Assembly: GCA_965248755.1 (NCBI GenBank)
Contig: OZ252149.1
Coordinates: forward strand, 3,072,001-3,136,000
Source of the DNA: Candidatus Latescibacterota bacterium
GTDB lineage: Bacteria > Latescibacterota > CBDEFO01
Reading direction: 5' to 3'
DNA length: 64,000 nucleotides
Part shown: positions 21,095-31,540 of the stretch, in pieces
How positions within the stretch are numbered: position 1 is the stretch's first letter
Layout of the letters: every line of letters begins with the position of its first letter
Position numbers and translations under genes: made by a program
The notes under the pieces: generated by a model
Databases searched by the model: none
Seen by the model: the letters and a program-made list of their open reading frames with translations, nothing else
Told to the model about the DNA's origin: nothing

Positions 21095-22951
21095 CTATCC
21101 CGAATAGGTCTGGTCGATAAGCTCTTCGTAGCGGGATAGAATGGCCTTCGGCACCAGTTTCTTGAGGCCGCGGGTCAGAGTGCCAGCTTCTTCTGTGAAG
21201 GGCTCTGTAAGGACCAGGATCTTCTGCGGCCTTTCGTGTCCGGGAAGTCCGGCGCTGTCTGCTTCTCTCTTCATCTGTTCGTGGATCCGCTCTACGATGG
21301 TCGGATGAGAACAGAGGGCACCTTCATCTCCTCTGGGAAGGTCCGGGATGTCGGACTGCATGTTGGCCTCATCGAGATCGATGGTGACCAGGGGCAGGGG
21401 AAAGGTGCGCGTGTGGTCCCCGCATACCAGAACATGCTCGATGAGAGGGATGCGGGCGTAAATGCCTTCGAGGCGTTCGGGGTTCACAAACTCGCCGTTC
21501 TTGAGTTTGAACTGTCGCCCCGCGCGGCCTCTGAATGTGAGATACCCCTCATTGTCCATACTGAAGAGATCGCTGGTCCGGTACCAGATCTTTCCTTCAC
21601 TGTCCCGGACAAGAACCTTCGCGGTCTGCTCAGGATCGTTCAGATATTCTGCCATGACATTTGGGCCGTGCACCCATAGCTCCCCAGCTTCTTCGCCGCT
21701 GCCTTCATAGACCCCGGTTTCAGGATCTCCGTGAGCGATCTTATGGCCTTCTGAATCCACGAGTTTGACTTCCATAAGGGGTCGTCCCACCGTCCCGGTC
21801 TTCTGGCCGAGCAGGCTGTTCATCGCGATGAGGGGGCAGCATTCTGTCGTGCCATAGGCTTCGTAGGTTGTGATATCCAGGACCTCTTGGAAGAAATCGA
21901 GGGCCTCGGGGTCGGCCTTTGCCGCTCCTACGATCAAGAGTTCGAGGCGGCTGCCCACCCGGTCAGAGAGTTTACTTCTGATCTTCTGGACGATCCTCTT
22001 CCCCAAGGTCGCATTCGCGAGTCTATCAACTATGCTGGCCTTGTCCTGTGAGATGCTACGCTTGGCGCGGACAGCTCGACTGACCAGACTACCTCTGAGA
22101 CCCCCGGCGTCGATCTGTTTGCGCACATTCTGGTAGACCTTATCCAGTATGAGAGGGACGGTCAAGAATCCTTGGGGCTCAAAATGGCGTATGTCGACGA
22201 GCGCGCGGTCCGGGGAGCGCGGAAGATCGAGAGTCCAGCCCTTGGCCAGAGGGTAGTAGATATTCAGAATGCCCATCGAATGGTAGTCTGGAGCCGCTTT
22301 GAAGAAGATGAAGGGATCGCGCTCGGTGATGATGTCCCAAAGCTCTTTCACGTTAGCCACGATATTGGCGTGGGTCTGAACTACACCTTTTGGAAGTCCG
22401 GAGGAACCGGAGGTGTAGATGACCTTCGACTCGTCGTCAGGGGCAAGTGCCACCTTGGGGGGTTCTTCCTGAGCGCCGGCCTCCATAATTTCCGAGAAAG
22501 AGCGGCAGCCGTCGATCTTGCCTTCGGTGAGGATTAGGTGCGGCGGATTCTCCAAAGATGGCCGAATGCGCACAGCCTGTTTGTGGCTCTTGGGGTCGAT
22601 AAAGAGAAACACGATGCCGGATGAATTGATGTTGTGGACAAGAATGTCGTCGGGGAGTTTGTTGCACAGGGGGACCGAGGATATGCCCAACAGGTCGGCG
22701 GCCAGAAAGATTACGAGGGGCTCGACTCCACCATCGGTGAGGATGCCAACACGCTGGCCTTTTGTGATGCCGAGTTGGGCGAGTCCAGAAGCGAGTCGAT
22801 CTCTATGATCTCTGAGCTCTCTGTACGTCGTCGACAGAAAACGCATTCCTTTCGTGCTCTGCCCGCCTGCTGACTGCAACGTACGTAAGGCCGTACGCTC
22901 GGCGTGCTTGTCGAAGCTTTGGTTCATCAGATCTGTTAAGGTCTGGTTCAT
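21095..22951 (-). CDS. Long-chain fatty acid-CoA ligase (AMP-binding)
   Basis: YTSGSSGLPKG, YGTTE, GPNVMAEY, NGEFVNPE motifs. Confidence 0.9.
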   Translation of the reverse strand: MNQTLTDLMNQSFDKHAERTALRTLQSAGGQSTKGMRFLSTTYRELRDHRDRLASGLAQLGITKGQRVGILTDGGVEPLVIFLAADLLGISSVPLCNKLPDDILVHNINSSGIVFLFIDPKSHKQAVRIRPSLENPPHLILTEGKIDGCRSFSEIMEAGAQEEPPKVALAPDDESKVIYTSGSSGLPKGVVQTHANIVANVKELWDIITERDPFIFFKAAPDYHSMGILNIYYPLAKGWTLDLPRSPDRALVDIRHFEPQGFLTVPLILDKVYQNVRKQIDAGGLRGSLVSRAVRAKRSISQDKASIVDRLANATLGKRIVQKIRSKLSDRVGSRLELLIVGAAKADPEALDFFQEVLDITTYEAYGTTECCPLIAMNSLLGQKTGTVGRPLMEVKLVDSEGHKIAHGDPETGVYEGSGEEAGELWVHGPNVMAEYLNDPEQTAKVLVRDSEGKIWYRTSDLFSMDNEGYLTFRGRAGRQFKLKNGEFVNPERLEGIYARIPLIEHVLVCGDHTRTFPLPLVTIDLDEANMQSDIPDLPRGDEGALCSHPTIVERIHEQMKREADSAGLPGHERPQKILVLTEPFTEEAGTLTRGLKKLVPKAILSRYEELIDQTYSG

Positions 22952-23167
22952 CGTTCAGATGCCCTTTCATCCGTAGTTTTTGTCCACGTAATCCACGTGA
23001 GGATTAGAATTGGATGTAGCGCTAGTGCTTTATAACAACTGCTGCTGAAGAGCGTCGGACTTTTTCGGAAGGTGGAGATCTCGCTTGACTTCGGACTCTT
23101 TAAGGGTGTTATATGCTGTTTCCGGCCCTTGACATCCCGCCTGAGACGTGCTGAGCCAAGAGGCTGT

Positions 23168-23674
23168 CTACATCGAAGCCTCCCGGGTATCCTTGTGGAC
23201 CGGAGAAATAGACCATCTCTTAGTAAAGGTCCCTAAGAACGACAAACGCCATCTGGCTCGCACTTTAAGAGTATGGCCTTTCTTCCCCTTCCATTCATAG
23301 GATTCAATACGCTCCCACTTCAGAAATTCCCCGAAATGCAAGATCCCCCTTTCCCTCATCTCGAGCTTGGTCAATCCAATATCTAGAGAGATAGCTACAG
23401 AAGATAGCCAACAAAGACCTAATACGATTTTATCGAGAAGAGAGAGCGTCGGGAACTGGAACATCCCACCACCTCTAAATGCAGAGAGAAAGATTGCTGC
23501 AAAGAAGATAGCCGAAAAGAGACCTAAAATCAACCTGATTTTGGAACGGCCGAGATCCAGCATAACCGGACCTGCACGCCTTTTTCGCAGGGGCCAGGTG
23601 ATAAAGTGCACCCACGCCGCCAGAATTAACACCACTAGTACAATAGACAATATACCTTCAATCATGTACATCAT
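23168..23674 (-). CDS. Hypothetical membrane protein (DUF5673-like)
   Basis: Three hydrophobic segments followed by ERGI...KWERIESYEW. Confidence 0.6.
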   Translation of the reverse strand: MMYMIEGILSIVLVVLILAAWVHFITWPLRKRRAGPVMLDLGRSKIRLILGLFSAIFFAAIFLSAFRGGGMFQFPTLSLLDKIVLGLCWLSSVAISLDIGLTKLEMRERGILHFGEFLKWERIESYEWKGKKGHTLKVRARWRLSFLGTFTKRWSISPVHKDTREASM

Positions 23675-23909
23675 AAGCCTTCACTCCTCAAGGTAAAAGA
23701 GCCCTGATTGTGACATCTTCTGTCATAGTCTCCACAGTTTTGGCCGTCAGTATTCGTCAGGCTCGATCGATTAGGAGGGAAGATACAAAATAAGCTAGTG
23801 ACTGTCAATAGAGGATTGGAAGTTGCACAGAGTTTACGGTTCTCAGTCTGGAGGTGACCGAGCCTCGATTGAATATCGACCAGGGTCGGGGTTACTCCGC
23901 CCTTGCTAC

Positions 23910-24162
23910 TAACCCGAATAATTCACAAAAGAAGGCGGTGTATTAATTAAGGGATTGTATTAGATTGTAGTTATGCTGTTTAAGGCCTTCGGTGTCATTG
24001 CGAGGCGGAGGCGAAGCAATCTCGATTCTGTGGTAGATGTAATACGCTCCGCCTCTCATAGGAGGTCACTATAAAACCTTGAGATTGCTTCCCCGATAGA
24101 CACAATCGGGGACCGCTTTGCTCCTCGCAATGACTCCACCAAGTTTATGCTTAATCGGCCTA
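23910..24162 (-). mobile_element. MITE copy C
   Basis: Reverse complement of copies A/B; ta-acccgaataa...ttaatcggcc-ta ends; palindrome insert at 24091. Confidence 0.88.
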
Positions 24163-24238
24163 ATTATGGAGATAATTCTGTAACGCTTATTAACTTATCT
24201 GAATGATACAATTTGTAGTTCCCATAATTAAGCTTACT

Positions 24239-27200
24239 CTATTCTGCCTGTACTGTGTCTACGGCCTTTTTCCGCCGGATACTCCATCCTTTCCAGACCA
24301 TATAGATTGCTGGGATGACCACCAACGTAAGAACAGTTGAAGTCACCATCCCGCCTACCATCGGGGCGGCTATCCGCTTCATCACATCAGCGCCTGCGCC
24401 GGTGCTCCACATAATGGGAAAGAGACCCGCCATAATCGCTGAGACCGTCATCATCTTTGGCCGGACGCGCTGCACTGCACCCTCGATCACTGCATCGTAG
24501 AGATCCTGCATTGTGGACATCTGTCCAGCGTCTCTGCGTCGGTTGTAAGCCTCATCCAGAAAGACTATCATCACGACTCCGGTCTCAGCAGCTACACCGG
24601 ACAAGGCTATAATGCCCACCCAGACTGCTACAGACAGATTATATCCTAAAAGAAACAAAAGCCATATCCCTCCTACGAGGGAAAACGGCACAGAGAGCAT
24701 CACTATGAGGCTTTCTGTCACCGAGTTAAAGTTTAGATAAAGCAGGAAAAAGATGATGAATACTGTAAAGGGCACTATGATCTTGAGCCGCTCTTTTGCC
24801 CGCTCCATATACTGGAACTGACCTCCCCAAGAGAGTCGGTATCCGGTCGGAATAGTGACCTGTTTCTCTATAACCTGTTTTGCCTCCTGAACGTAGTCTC
24901 CTAATGGTCTTCCTGCGACATCCACAAAGACAAGACCGACAAGCTGAGCATCTTCATCCCGGATCTGTGGGGGGCCGGTAGTAGTCCGAATGTCGGCTAA
25001 TTGAGCCATAGGCACATGAGTGCCGGTCGGCGTTGGCACAAGTATCCGTTTGAGTTGATCTATATCGTCCCGCAGTTCCCTTGCGTAGCGGACATTGATT
25101 GGGTATCGCTCCCGCCCTTCAATCGTAGTAGAGACATTCATCCCACCTATAGCTGTCTGGATGATGTCCTGAACATCCCCCACAGTAAGCCCATATCGGG
25201 AGGCCTCTTTTCTATTCACCTCAAAGTCTACAAAATATCCTCCGGTCACGCGCTCGGCAAAGACGCTTCGGGTTCCGGCAAGAGATGACAAGGCACTCTC
25301 AATATCCAGACCGATCCTTTCGATGGTCTTAAGATCTGATCCAAATATTTTGATCCCCAAAGGGCTCCTGATTCCAGTGGCCAGCATCTCAGTTCTTGTC
25401 TGAATTGGCATCCACCAGATGTTAGGCATGCCAGGAAACTGAAGGACTTTGTCCATCTCTTCGATTAGATCGTTCCAGGAGATAGGTCGCTCCTCAGGCC
25501 AGAATCGGTCCAGAGCACTTCTAAGAAATCCAGGGGCCCGCGCTGACCACCAGCGCTCCTTTCGGACGGTGCGCCATTCTTCCTCTGGTTTTAATGTCAC
25601 CGTTGTCTCCACCATCGAAAGAGGCGCAGGGTCAGTCGGTGTCCTTGCACGCCCTATCTTCCCGAAGACCCTTTCTACCTCAGGAAACTGTGAAATAATC
25701 TTATCCTGTGTGTGCAACACTTTTGCTGCTTCGGTAATTGACATGCCGGGAACCGATGTGGGCATGTAGAGGATCGAACCCTCATTTAGAGGCGGCATGA
25801 ATTCAGAGCCGAGGCGTACAAATGCCGGAATAGTGAAGATTAAGATCAATATCGCCAGAGCGATCACGCTCTTTCTAAATCGGAGGACAAGCCTAACTAT
25901 TGGATAGTAGAGCCAGATCAAGGCCCTGGAGATGGGATTTCTGGCCTCTGGAATAATTTTGCCACGGATTAACAAAACCATTAACACTGCAGCTAAAGTG
26001 ATCGAAAGGATTGAGGCGAAGAACATCGCAAAGGTCTTCGTGTAGGCCAAAGGCTTGAAGAGTCGTCCCTCCTGCGCCTCCAGGGTAAATACCGGAATGA
26101 AAGACACAGTGATGATCAAGAGCGAGAAGAACAGAGGCTTGCCCACCTCCTTAGCCGCTCCCACGATCACTTCAAAGCGGCTGCCCTGGCTTCCTTTGCG
26201 GCCGTCGCTTTCCCACTGCTCTAAACGCTTGTGGGCATTTTCTATCATCACGATAGCCGCATCAACCATGGCTCCAATGGCAATAGCGATGCCACCCAAG
26301 GACATGATGTTGGATGTCAGCTTCATATAATACATCGGGATAAACGCCATTAAGATGGCTATAGGAAGCGTTAAGATTGCGACCAAGGAGCTTCTAAAAT
26401 GGAAAAGAAAGAGAATGCAGACCAGGCTTACGATGATGCTTTCTTCTATCAATTTCTCTGTGAGTGTTTCGATGGCCCTGTGGATAAGATCGCTCCTATC
26501 GTAGGTTGTAACGATCTTAACACCTTCTGGAAGAGACGGTTCGATCTCCACGATCTTACGCTTTATGCGGTCTATCACATCCAGGGCGTTCTCACCATAG
26601 CGCATTACGACAATGCCGCCGACAGTCTCTCCCTTTCCGTCCAGTTCTGCCAATCCCCGGCGCATATCCGGCCCTAAGTGAACCTCTGCTATGTCTTTGA
26701 CGTAAAGAGGCGTCCCATTGCCATCTGTCCCAAGGGGGATATAATTGATGTCCTCCACAGAGGTGATGTAGCCTCTGCCACGGACCATGTGCTCTGTCCC
26801 TGCCACCTCGATAACCCGGCCTCCCACATCGTTATTGCTCCGACGGATTGCCTCGATCACCTTCTGGATGGGAATATTGTATGCCAAAAGCGCGTTAGGA
26901 TCCAAGTCCACCTGATACTGTTTGACAAACCCTCCGATGCTGGCCACTTCAGCGACACCGGGTACTGCTTCCAGCCAGTACTTTAAATGCCAGTCCTGAA
27001 ATGAACGTAATTGGGCCAGGTTATGTCTTCCGCTTTCATCCACCAGGGCGTACTCATAGACCCAGCCAACACCTGTGGCGTCAGGACCTAATGTTGGTGT
27101 GACACCTTCAGGAAGCTGTCCGCCTACCTCGTTCATATACTCCAGCACCCGACTCCTGGCCCAGTACATATCGGTGCCGTCCTCGAATATGACATAGACG

Positions 27201-27475
27201 AAAGATAGCCCAAAGAAAGATTGCCCCCTGACGAACTTAACGTTTGGGGCAGCTAACATAGTAGTGATAATCGGATAGGTAATCTGGTCTTCCACAAGGT
27301 CCGGGCTCCTGCCTGGCCATTCAGTAAAGACTATCACCTGTACATCTGAAAGATCGGGAATGGCATCCAACGGGACATTTAAAAGCGCCCAGACGCCCCA
27401 GGCTGAGATGAACAGAACTACGATCAACACCAGGAGTTTGTTCTTAGCGCTGTATTCAATAATCTTTTCTATCAT
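24239..27475 (-). CDS. cusA: CusA-type heavy-metal RND permease (Cu/Ag)
   Basis: DAIPDLSDVQV; MVDAAIVMIENAHK; Met triad contexts LYMPT, PLSMVET, TEMLATG; RVRPKMMT. Confidence 0.95.
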   Translation of the reverse strand: MIEKIIEYSAKNKLLVLIVVLFISAWGVWALLNVPLDAIPDLSDVQVIVFTEWPGRSPDLVEDQITYPIITTMLAAPNVKFVRGQSFFGLSFVYVIFEDGTDMYWARSRVLEYMNEVGGQLPEGVTPTLGPDATGVGWVYEYALVDESGRHNLAQLRSFQDWHLKYWLEAVPGVAEVASIGGFVKQYQVDLDPNALLAYNIPIQKVIEAIRRSNNDVGGRVIEVAGTEHMVRGRGYITSVEDINYIPLGTDGNGTPLYVKDIAEVHLGPDMRRGLAELDGKGETVGGIVVMRYGENALDVIDRIKRKIVEIEPSLPEGVKIVTTYDRSDLIHRAIETLTEKLIEESIIVSLVCILFLFHFRSSLVAILTLPIAILMAFIPMYYMKLTSNIMSLGGIAIAIGAMVDAAIVMIENAHKRLEQWESDGRKGSQGSRFEVIVGAAKEVGKPLFFSLLIITVSFIPVFTLEAQEGRLFKPLAYTKTFAMFFASILSITLAAVLMVLLIRGKIIPEARNPISRALIWLYYPIVRLVLRFRKSVIALAILILIFTIPAFVRLGSEFMPPLNEGSILYMPTSVPGMSITEAAKVLHTQDKIISQFPEVERVFGKIGRARTPTDPAPLSMVETTVTLKPEEEWRTVRKERWWSARAPGFLRSALDRFWPEERPISWNDLIEEMDKVLQFPGMPNIWWMPIQTRTEMLATGIRSPLGIKIFGSDLKTIERIGLDIESALSSLAGTRSVFAERVTGGYFVDFEVNRKEASRYGLTVGDVQDIIQTAIGGMNVSTTIEGRERYPINVRYARELRDDIDQLKRILVPTPTGTHVPMAQLADIRTTTGPPQIRDEDAQLVGLVFVDVAGRPLGDYVQEAKQVIEKQVTIPTGYRLSWGGQFQYMERAKERLKIIVPFTVFIIFFLLYLNFNSVTESLIVMLSVPFSLVGGIWLLFLLGYNLSVAVWVGIIALSGVAAETGVVMIVFLDEAYNRRRDAGQMSTMQDLYDAVIEGAVQRVRPKMMTVSAIMAGLFPIMWSTGAGADVMKRIAAPMVGGMVTSTVLTLVVIPAIYMVWKGWSIRRKKAVDTVQAE

Positions 27476-27490
27476 GTAAGTCCCCCCTTA

Positions 27491-28918
27491 CTACTCGTAT
27501 TGTGAGGCCATCCCGCTTATGGCCGACTTGAGCTTGCTTTCAGAATCTATCAGGAAGTTGCCAGAGGTCACCACTCTTTCTCCATCCTCTACGCCTTCAA
27601 GGACGTGGTAATAGTCCTCAATCTTCGCTCCCAGTGTTACCTCTCTGGGCTCGAACCGGCCCTTGCCCATATCCACAAAGACGATTTGACGCTTGCCGGA
27701 GTACAAAACTGAACTTTCAGGAACAGCGATCTGTTCTCCAAGATCGACCTTTAACTCTACATTTGCATACATGCCGGGCCGCAGTTGAAGATCGGGGTTT
27801 GGAAAAATCAACCTCACCTTCGCTGTTCGGGTCTTTGACTCTAAATAGGGATAGACGTAATCTACATTACCTTCAAAAGTCCGACCCGGATTGTAGGATA
27901 AGGTCATAGTTGCGTCCTGACCTTCTCTTACGAGGGCGAGTTCATACTCATAGAGGTCAGCATAGACCCAGATAGTAGATAGGTCAGCGATGCGATACAG
28001 TTTCATCCCCGGATTGACGTACATCCCCTCCACCGCCATCTTCTCGACAACAACTCCAGTTGATGGGGAGTAGATAGTGATAAAGGTCTGCGGTTCTCCT
28101 GCCTCTGCTAATGTGAGGATCTGAGCCTCTGTCAGATCCCAAAGCCACAGACGACGTTTGGCCGCAGATACGAGAGACTCTGTCTTTTGGATCGCCTCTT
28201 TCTGCACCAAAGCCGCTGTAACAGGATACCCCGTGGGATTAGAAAGTAGCAATGCTGTTTCTTCTCCTGTAACAAATCGTCTTAGCTTTTCCAGAGTTTC
28301 CAAAGCTAAGATATATTCCTCCTGGGTGGAGACTAACTCCGGGCTGTAGAGGTCAAAGAGAGGCTGGCCTTTTTCTATCAACTTACCCGTATAGTCCGCG
28401 TAGAGCTTGTGTATCCAGCCTGTGATCTTCAGGTTAACATCAGAAAGTGTCGTCTCGTCGTAGTCCACCCGCCCTACTGTTCGGAGGTTCTTTATCATGC
28501 GCCGCCGTTCCACCTTTGCTGTCGTTACCCCAATAAGCTGCTGCTTCCAGGGAGTCAGCACCACAGAGCCGGGAACAGTTTGCAAAGACGCAGGCTGGGA
28601 CATGGGATGAGTGGCCGGTGGAGCAGTCTTTTCAACCAGCGCCAGTTCCATCCCGCAGATGGGGCAGTCATCTGGATGATTCTGTACCACCTGAGGATGC
28701 ATCGGACACTGATATACTTCGGCGCTTTCAGCTTCTCCTTGGACATATTGAGAAGCCTGTTCCCAATTGATTCTATTGGGCGCCTGCCCCGGTAGAAACC
28801 ACTGCAAAAACATTTCTCTATACATCCAGGAGGTGACGCCGACGGCTGCAATCAGGACAGCAGGGGCGATATATCGTTTCATACTTACTATCATTTTCCA
28901 CTTCTCCTTTGCCTTCAA
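27491..28918 (-). CDS. cusB: CusB-type RND periplasmic adaptor
   Basis: YQCPMHP...CPICGMEL metal-binding domain; YSPELVSTQEEY; LRPGMY; FLIDSES. Exact start uncertain. Confidence 0.92.
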   Translation of the reverse strand: MKAKEKWKMIVSMKRYIAPAVLIAAVGVTSWMYREMFLQWFLPGQAPNRINWEQASQYVQGEAESAEVYQCPMHPQVVQNHPDDCPICGMELALVEKTAPPATHPMSQPASLQTVPGSVVLTPWKQQLIGVTTAKVERRRMIKNLRTVGRVDYDETTLSDVNLKITGWIHKLYADYTGKLIEKGQPLFDLYSPELVSTQEEYILALETLEKLRRFVTGEETALLLSNPTGYPVTAALVQKEAIQKTESLVSAAKRRLWLWDLTEAQILTLAEAGEPQTFITIYSPSTGVVVEKMAVEGMYVNPGMKLYRIADLSTIWVYADLYEYELALVREGQDATMTLSYNPGRTFEGNVDYVYPYLESKTRTAKVRLIFPNPDLQLRPGMYANVELKVDLGEQIAVPESSVLYSGKRQIVFVDMGKGRFEPREVTLGAKIEDYYHVLEGVEDGERVVTSGNFLIDSESKLKSAISGMASQYE

Positions 28919-28920
28919 CT

Positions 28921-30201
28921 CTATATCTTGTTGAGATCGATTCCTACAGCCCGCTCCAGGTCGGCGAGGCCCTTCTCAAAATCCACGAGCGACCGGTAGT
29001 AGGCCAGTTCAAATTTGAGCAATACGCGCTCGCTGTCGATTAGATTGAGGAAAGAAGCCCTGCCAGTTCGGTAGGAGGCTGTTACTGCCTCCAAGGTCTG
29101 CTGTGCCTGAGGGAGGATAACGTCCCTGTAAAGCTTTATTTCACTCTCTGCCACCTGAACATTGATGAGGGCATCTTCTACTTCGTAGAGGACATGATTT
29201 TTCAGATCCTCATAGGCTGAGTTTGACAACCTCTCTTCAATTTTCGCCTCCTTCAACCTGGCGTCGTGCCTGCCCTTGGACCAGAAGGCTAACGGGATCT
29301 TGGCCTCCACCATCAACATCCAGCGGTTCAGATTATCCTGAACGTTCCAGTAGGCTACATCTATCATAAAGTCTGGATAATACTCCTTCCGAGCCAATTT
29401 CTGATCCGTTCGACTCCTCTGGACGGCAAGCTGGGTCGCCTCCAACTCTGGTCTGTTGTCAAGGGCTACCTTCTGAAGATCTTCCAATGTCTGGGTTACC
29501 TTCACAGCCTCACATTCCTCAGGAGTCCCCAGGGGAGTCTGAGGAAGGCGGTTCAAAAGAGTATTCAGCTTCGCCTCGGTCGCCCTTCGCCTCTGCACGA
29601 GCACGAGCACCTCTTTGGACAGGTCGGACACCTCCACAAGAGCCTTCAACACGTCGCCTTGAGAGACAGTGCCGGTGGTGTATTTTGTCTCGGCTATCTT
29701 TGAGAAACCCCGATTTAGGTCCAGATGCTTCTGTCGGATCTCGATGGCTTTATGAATCAGGAACAGTTCATAATAGGCAGACTTTACCTGCCTTATAATC
29801 TCCTGTCGTGCCGCTTGATACTGCAACTGGGCCATCTGTGCCTCAAAAGAGGCAATCTTCCCCCGAAGGGAAAGTTTCCCCGGGAAGGGTATCTTCTGCT
29901 TCACACCGAGCCATACCTCCCGGGCTTCAAAAGGGTCTGGAGTCGTCCTGGGCACCGCCCAGAACATCGTATAGAAACTGGGGTCGTCCAGTGAGCTTAC
30001 CTGTGGTTCCTTTTCTAAGGCACTTTCCCAGCGATATTTCGCTGTTGAAAGACGGGGGTTTTCCTCCAATGCCGCTTGAATTATTACATCCAACACCAGG
30101 CGTTGATCCCTGTCCGTCTCCGCTGATATAGGGACATCCAGGGCAAGGACCAAACAGATATTTAGTACGATAACCAAAATATGTCTCCAGCTTATCGGCA
30201 T
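28921..30201 (-). CDS. TolC-family outer membrane efflux protein (CusC-like)
   Basis: ALEENP, QKIPFPGKL, LNTLLNR, LERAVG; position in the operon. Confidence 0.9.
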   Translation of the reverse strand: MPISWRHILVIVLNICLVLALDVPISAETDRDQRLVLDVIIQAALEENPRLSTAKYRWESALEKEPQVSSLDDPSFYTMFWAVPRTTPDPFEAREVWLGVKQKIPFPGKLSLRGKIASFEAQMAQLQYQAARQEIIRQVKSAYYELFLIHKAIEIRQKHLDLNRGFSKIAETKYTTGTVSQGDVLKALVEVSDLSKEVLVLVQRRRATEAKLNTLLNRLPQTPLGTPEECEAVKVTQTLEDLQKVALDNRPELEATQLAVQRSRTDQKLARKEYYPDFMIDVAYWNVQDNLNRWMLMVEAKIPLAFWSKGRHDARLKEAKIEERLSNSAYEDLKNHVLYEVEDALINVQVAESEIKLYRDVILPQAQQTLEAVTASYRTGRASFLNLIDSERVLLKFELAYYRSLVDFEKGLADLERAVGIDLNKI

Positions 30202-30416
30202 GAAGCCACCTCCAAATCTATCAGAAATATCAAGCAAAAACAGATGATAGCCCTAACGATCATAGACCACCGTTAAATCCGTTAGGGAACAATCTGCCTT
30301 TTATGACAACGAATGCACTGAGGATTTCAATACGGAATAGAAAGGGACTCAGCCACAGATAGAGGATGTCGTCTGTCAATCAGGCTGATTTAAGGAAAGA
30401 AATTACAAGGGTAGGT

Positions 30417-30821
30417 TCAAATTAGATAGGCTTCGTGCAGAAGATAGAGTGCGGGTGAGGAACTATTCCTCTTTGGGGTAATCCAGATAAGAGAACTGAG
30501 TTTAGCGTTAGCGTTCTGAAAGATGTAGGGTGGAAAGAGTGCGACACTCTGAGTTCCAGAAAGTTTTACGGTGTTCGCAGGACGAATACTGTCAGGCGTG
30601 GTCTCCTTCTGTGCAAAGGAGAAGCGAACTTCACAGCAGCAATCCTTAAGGCGAGAAAGATCGCAGTCTGGGCTACCAGAAACGCTAAGGCAGCAGCACT
30701 TGTGAGGCTGCATAGCGCTCATAGCAGGGTTCTCTTTGCACACCAGCGTAACTTCAGCAGCTACAGGGGGCAGGTTAATCAATATGAAGATAAGTAAAGA
30801 TGTGAGAAACTTTGTAACCAC
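30417..30821 (-). CDS. Small Cys-rich exported protein leading the cus operon
   Basis: Signal-like N-terminus; HKCCC and DCCC; ends PALYLLHEAYLI. Confidence 0.7.
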   Translation of the reverse strand: MVTKFLTSLLIFILINLPPVAAEVTLVCKENPAMSAMQPHKCCCLSVSGSPDCDLSRLKDCCCEVRFSFAQKETTPDSIRPANTVKLSGTQSVALFPPYIFQNANAKLSSLIWITPKRNSSSPALYLLHEAYLI

Positions 30822-31207
30822 AGAAATATATCCCTCTAATTAAGTCATGTACAAATGGATTTCGTTACAATACCTATAACGCTCAAAAAGGACGCAAGTT
30901 CCTCAGTTGTTCTGCTGAAGTTGTTGCGCAAGCTGCGCCTTTAGAAGCTGATCTCCTTATCCTTCTCGAAATTGGAACAACCAAACTGTAGCATGCATAG
31001 AGGTACGACAGCGATTAAAAGAGTACGGGAAACCATAGTAAGTTCTCCTTTCTTGAAATGCTGTGATGAATTTACTTACGCGGCCTAAACTAAGATCATC
31101 TCTTACAGGCTTCTCCTTTCTACGACCCCGGCAATTTCGTCAACGATCAGCATTGCAGCAGTGGTCATGCTTGATAGTCCAACTAAGTATCAAGTCAAAA
31201 TAGTCTC

Positions 31208-31265
31208 GACAAGATTATGTTTTGACAAGATTATGTCTTGACAAGATTATGTCTTGACAAGATTA
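31208..31265. repeat. Tandem 16-bp repeat GACAAGATTATGT(C/T)TT, about 3.6 copies
   Basis: Units start at 31208, 31224, 31240 and 31256. Confidence 0.9.
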
Positions 31266-31315
31266 ATAGAGATCCAAAATAGTAGACAGCATACAAGGAA
31301 GTAAGGTGTCCTGTC

Positions 31316-31410
31316 TACTGTCTATGAAATTGGTTCGCTTTGCTCGCAATGACGTTACTTGGCTTAAACCTTCAGTCCTTGCGCGGGTGAAACCCCGAAG
31401 CAATCTCATA
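31316..31410. repeat. GTCATTGCG/CGCAATGAC palindromic repeat family member (others at about 7340-7403, 12590-12620, 56103-56270, 57355-57480 and inside the MITEs)
   Basis: ctcgcaatgac, ggtgaaacccc and gaagcaatctc elements; ctactgtctatgaaattg is shared with 56103. Confidence 0.75.
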
Positions 31411-31540
31411 TGTCCACTAACTTAATATACCCAACGAGTTTTGTCAAGCTACGTATTAGTCGATTTTCTCCAAAAAGTCAACCGAAAAGAGCACGGCCAT
31501 TTGGGGGAAGGATGAGTCTATTCGTGAGGCGTCGCAGGTC

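Noticed and set aside
31208..31265. Possible CRISPR array
   Set aside because: Head-to-tail 16-mers without spacers and no cas genes.
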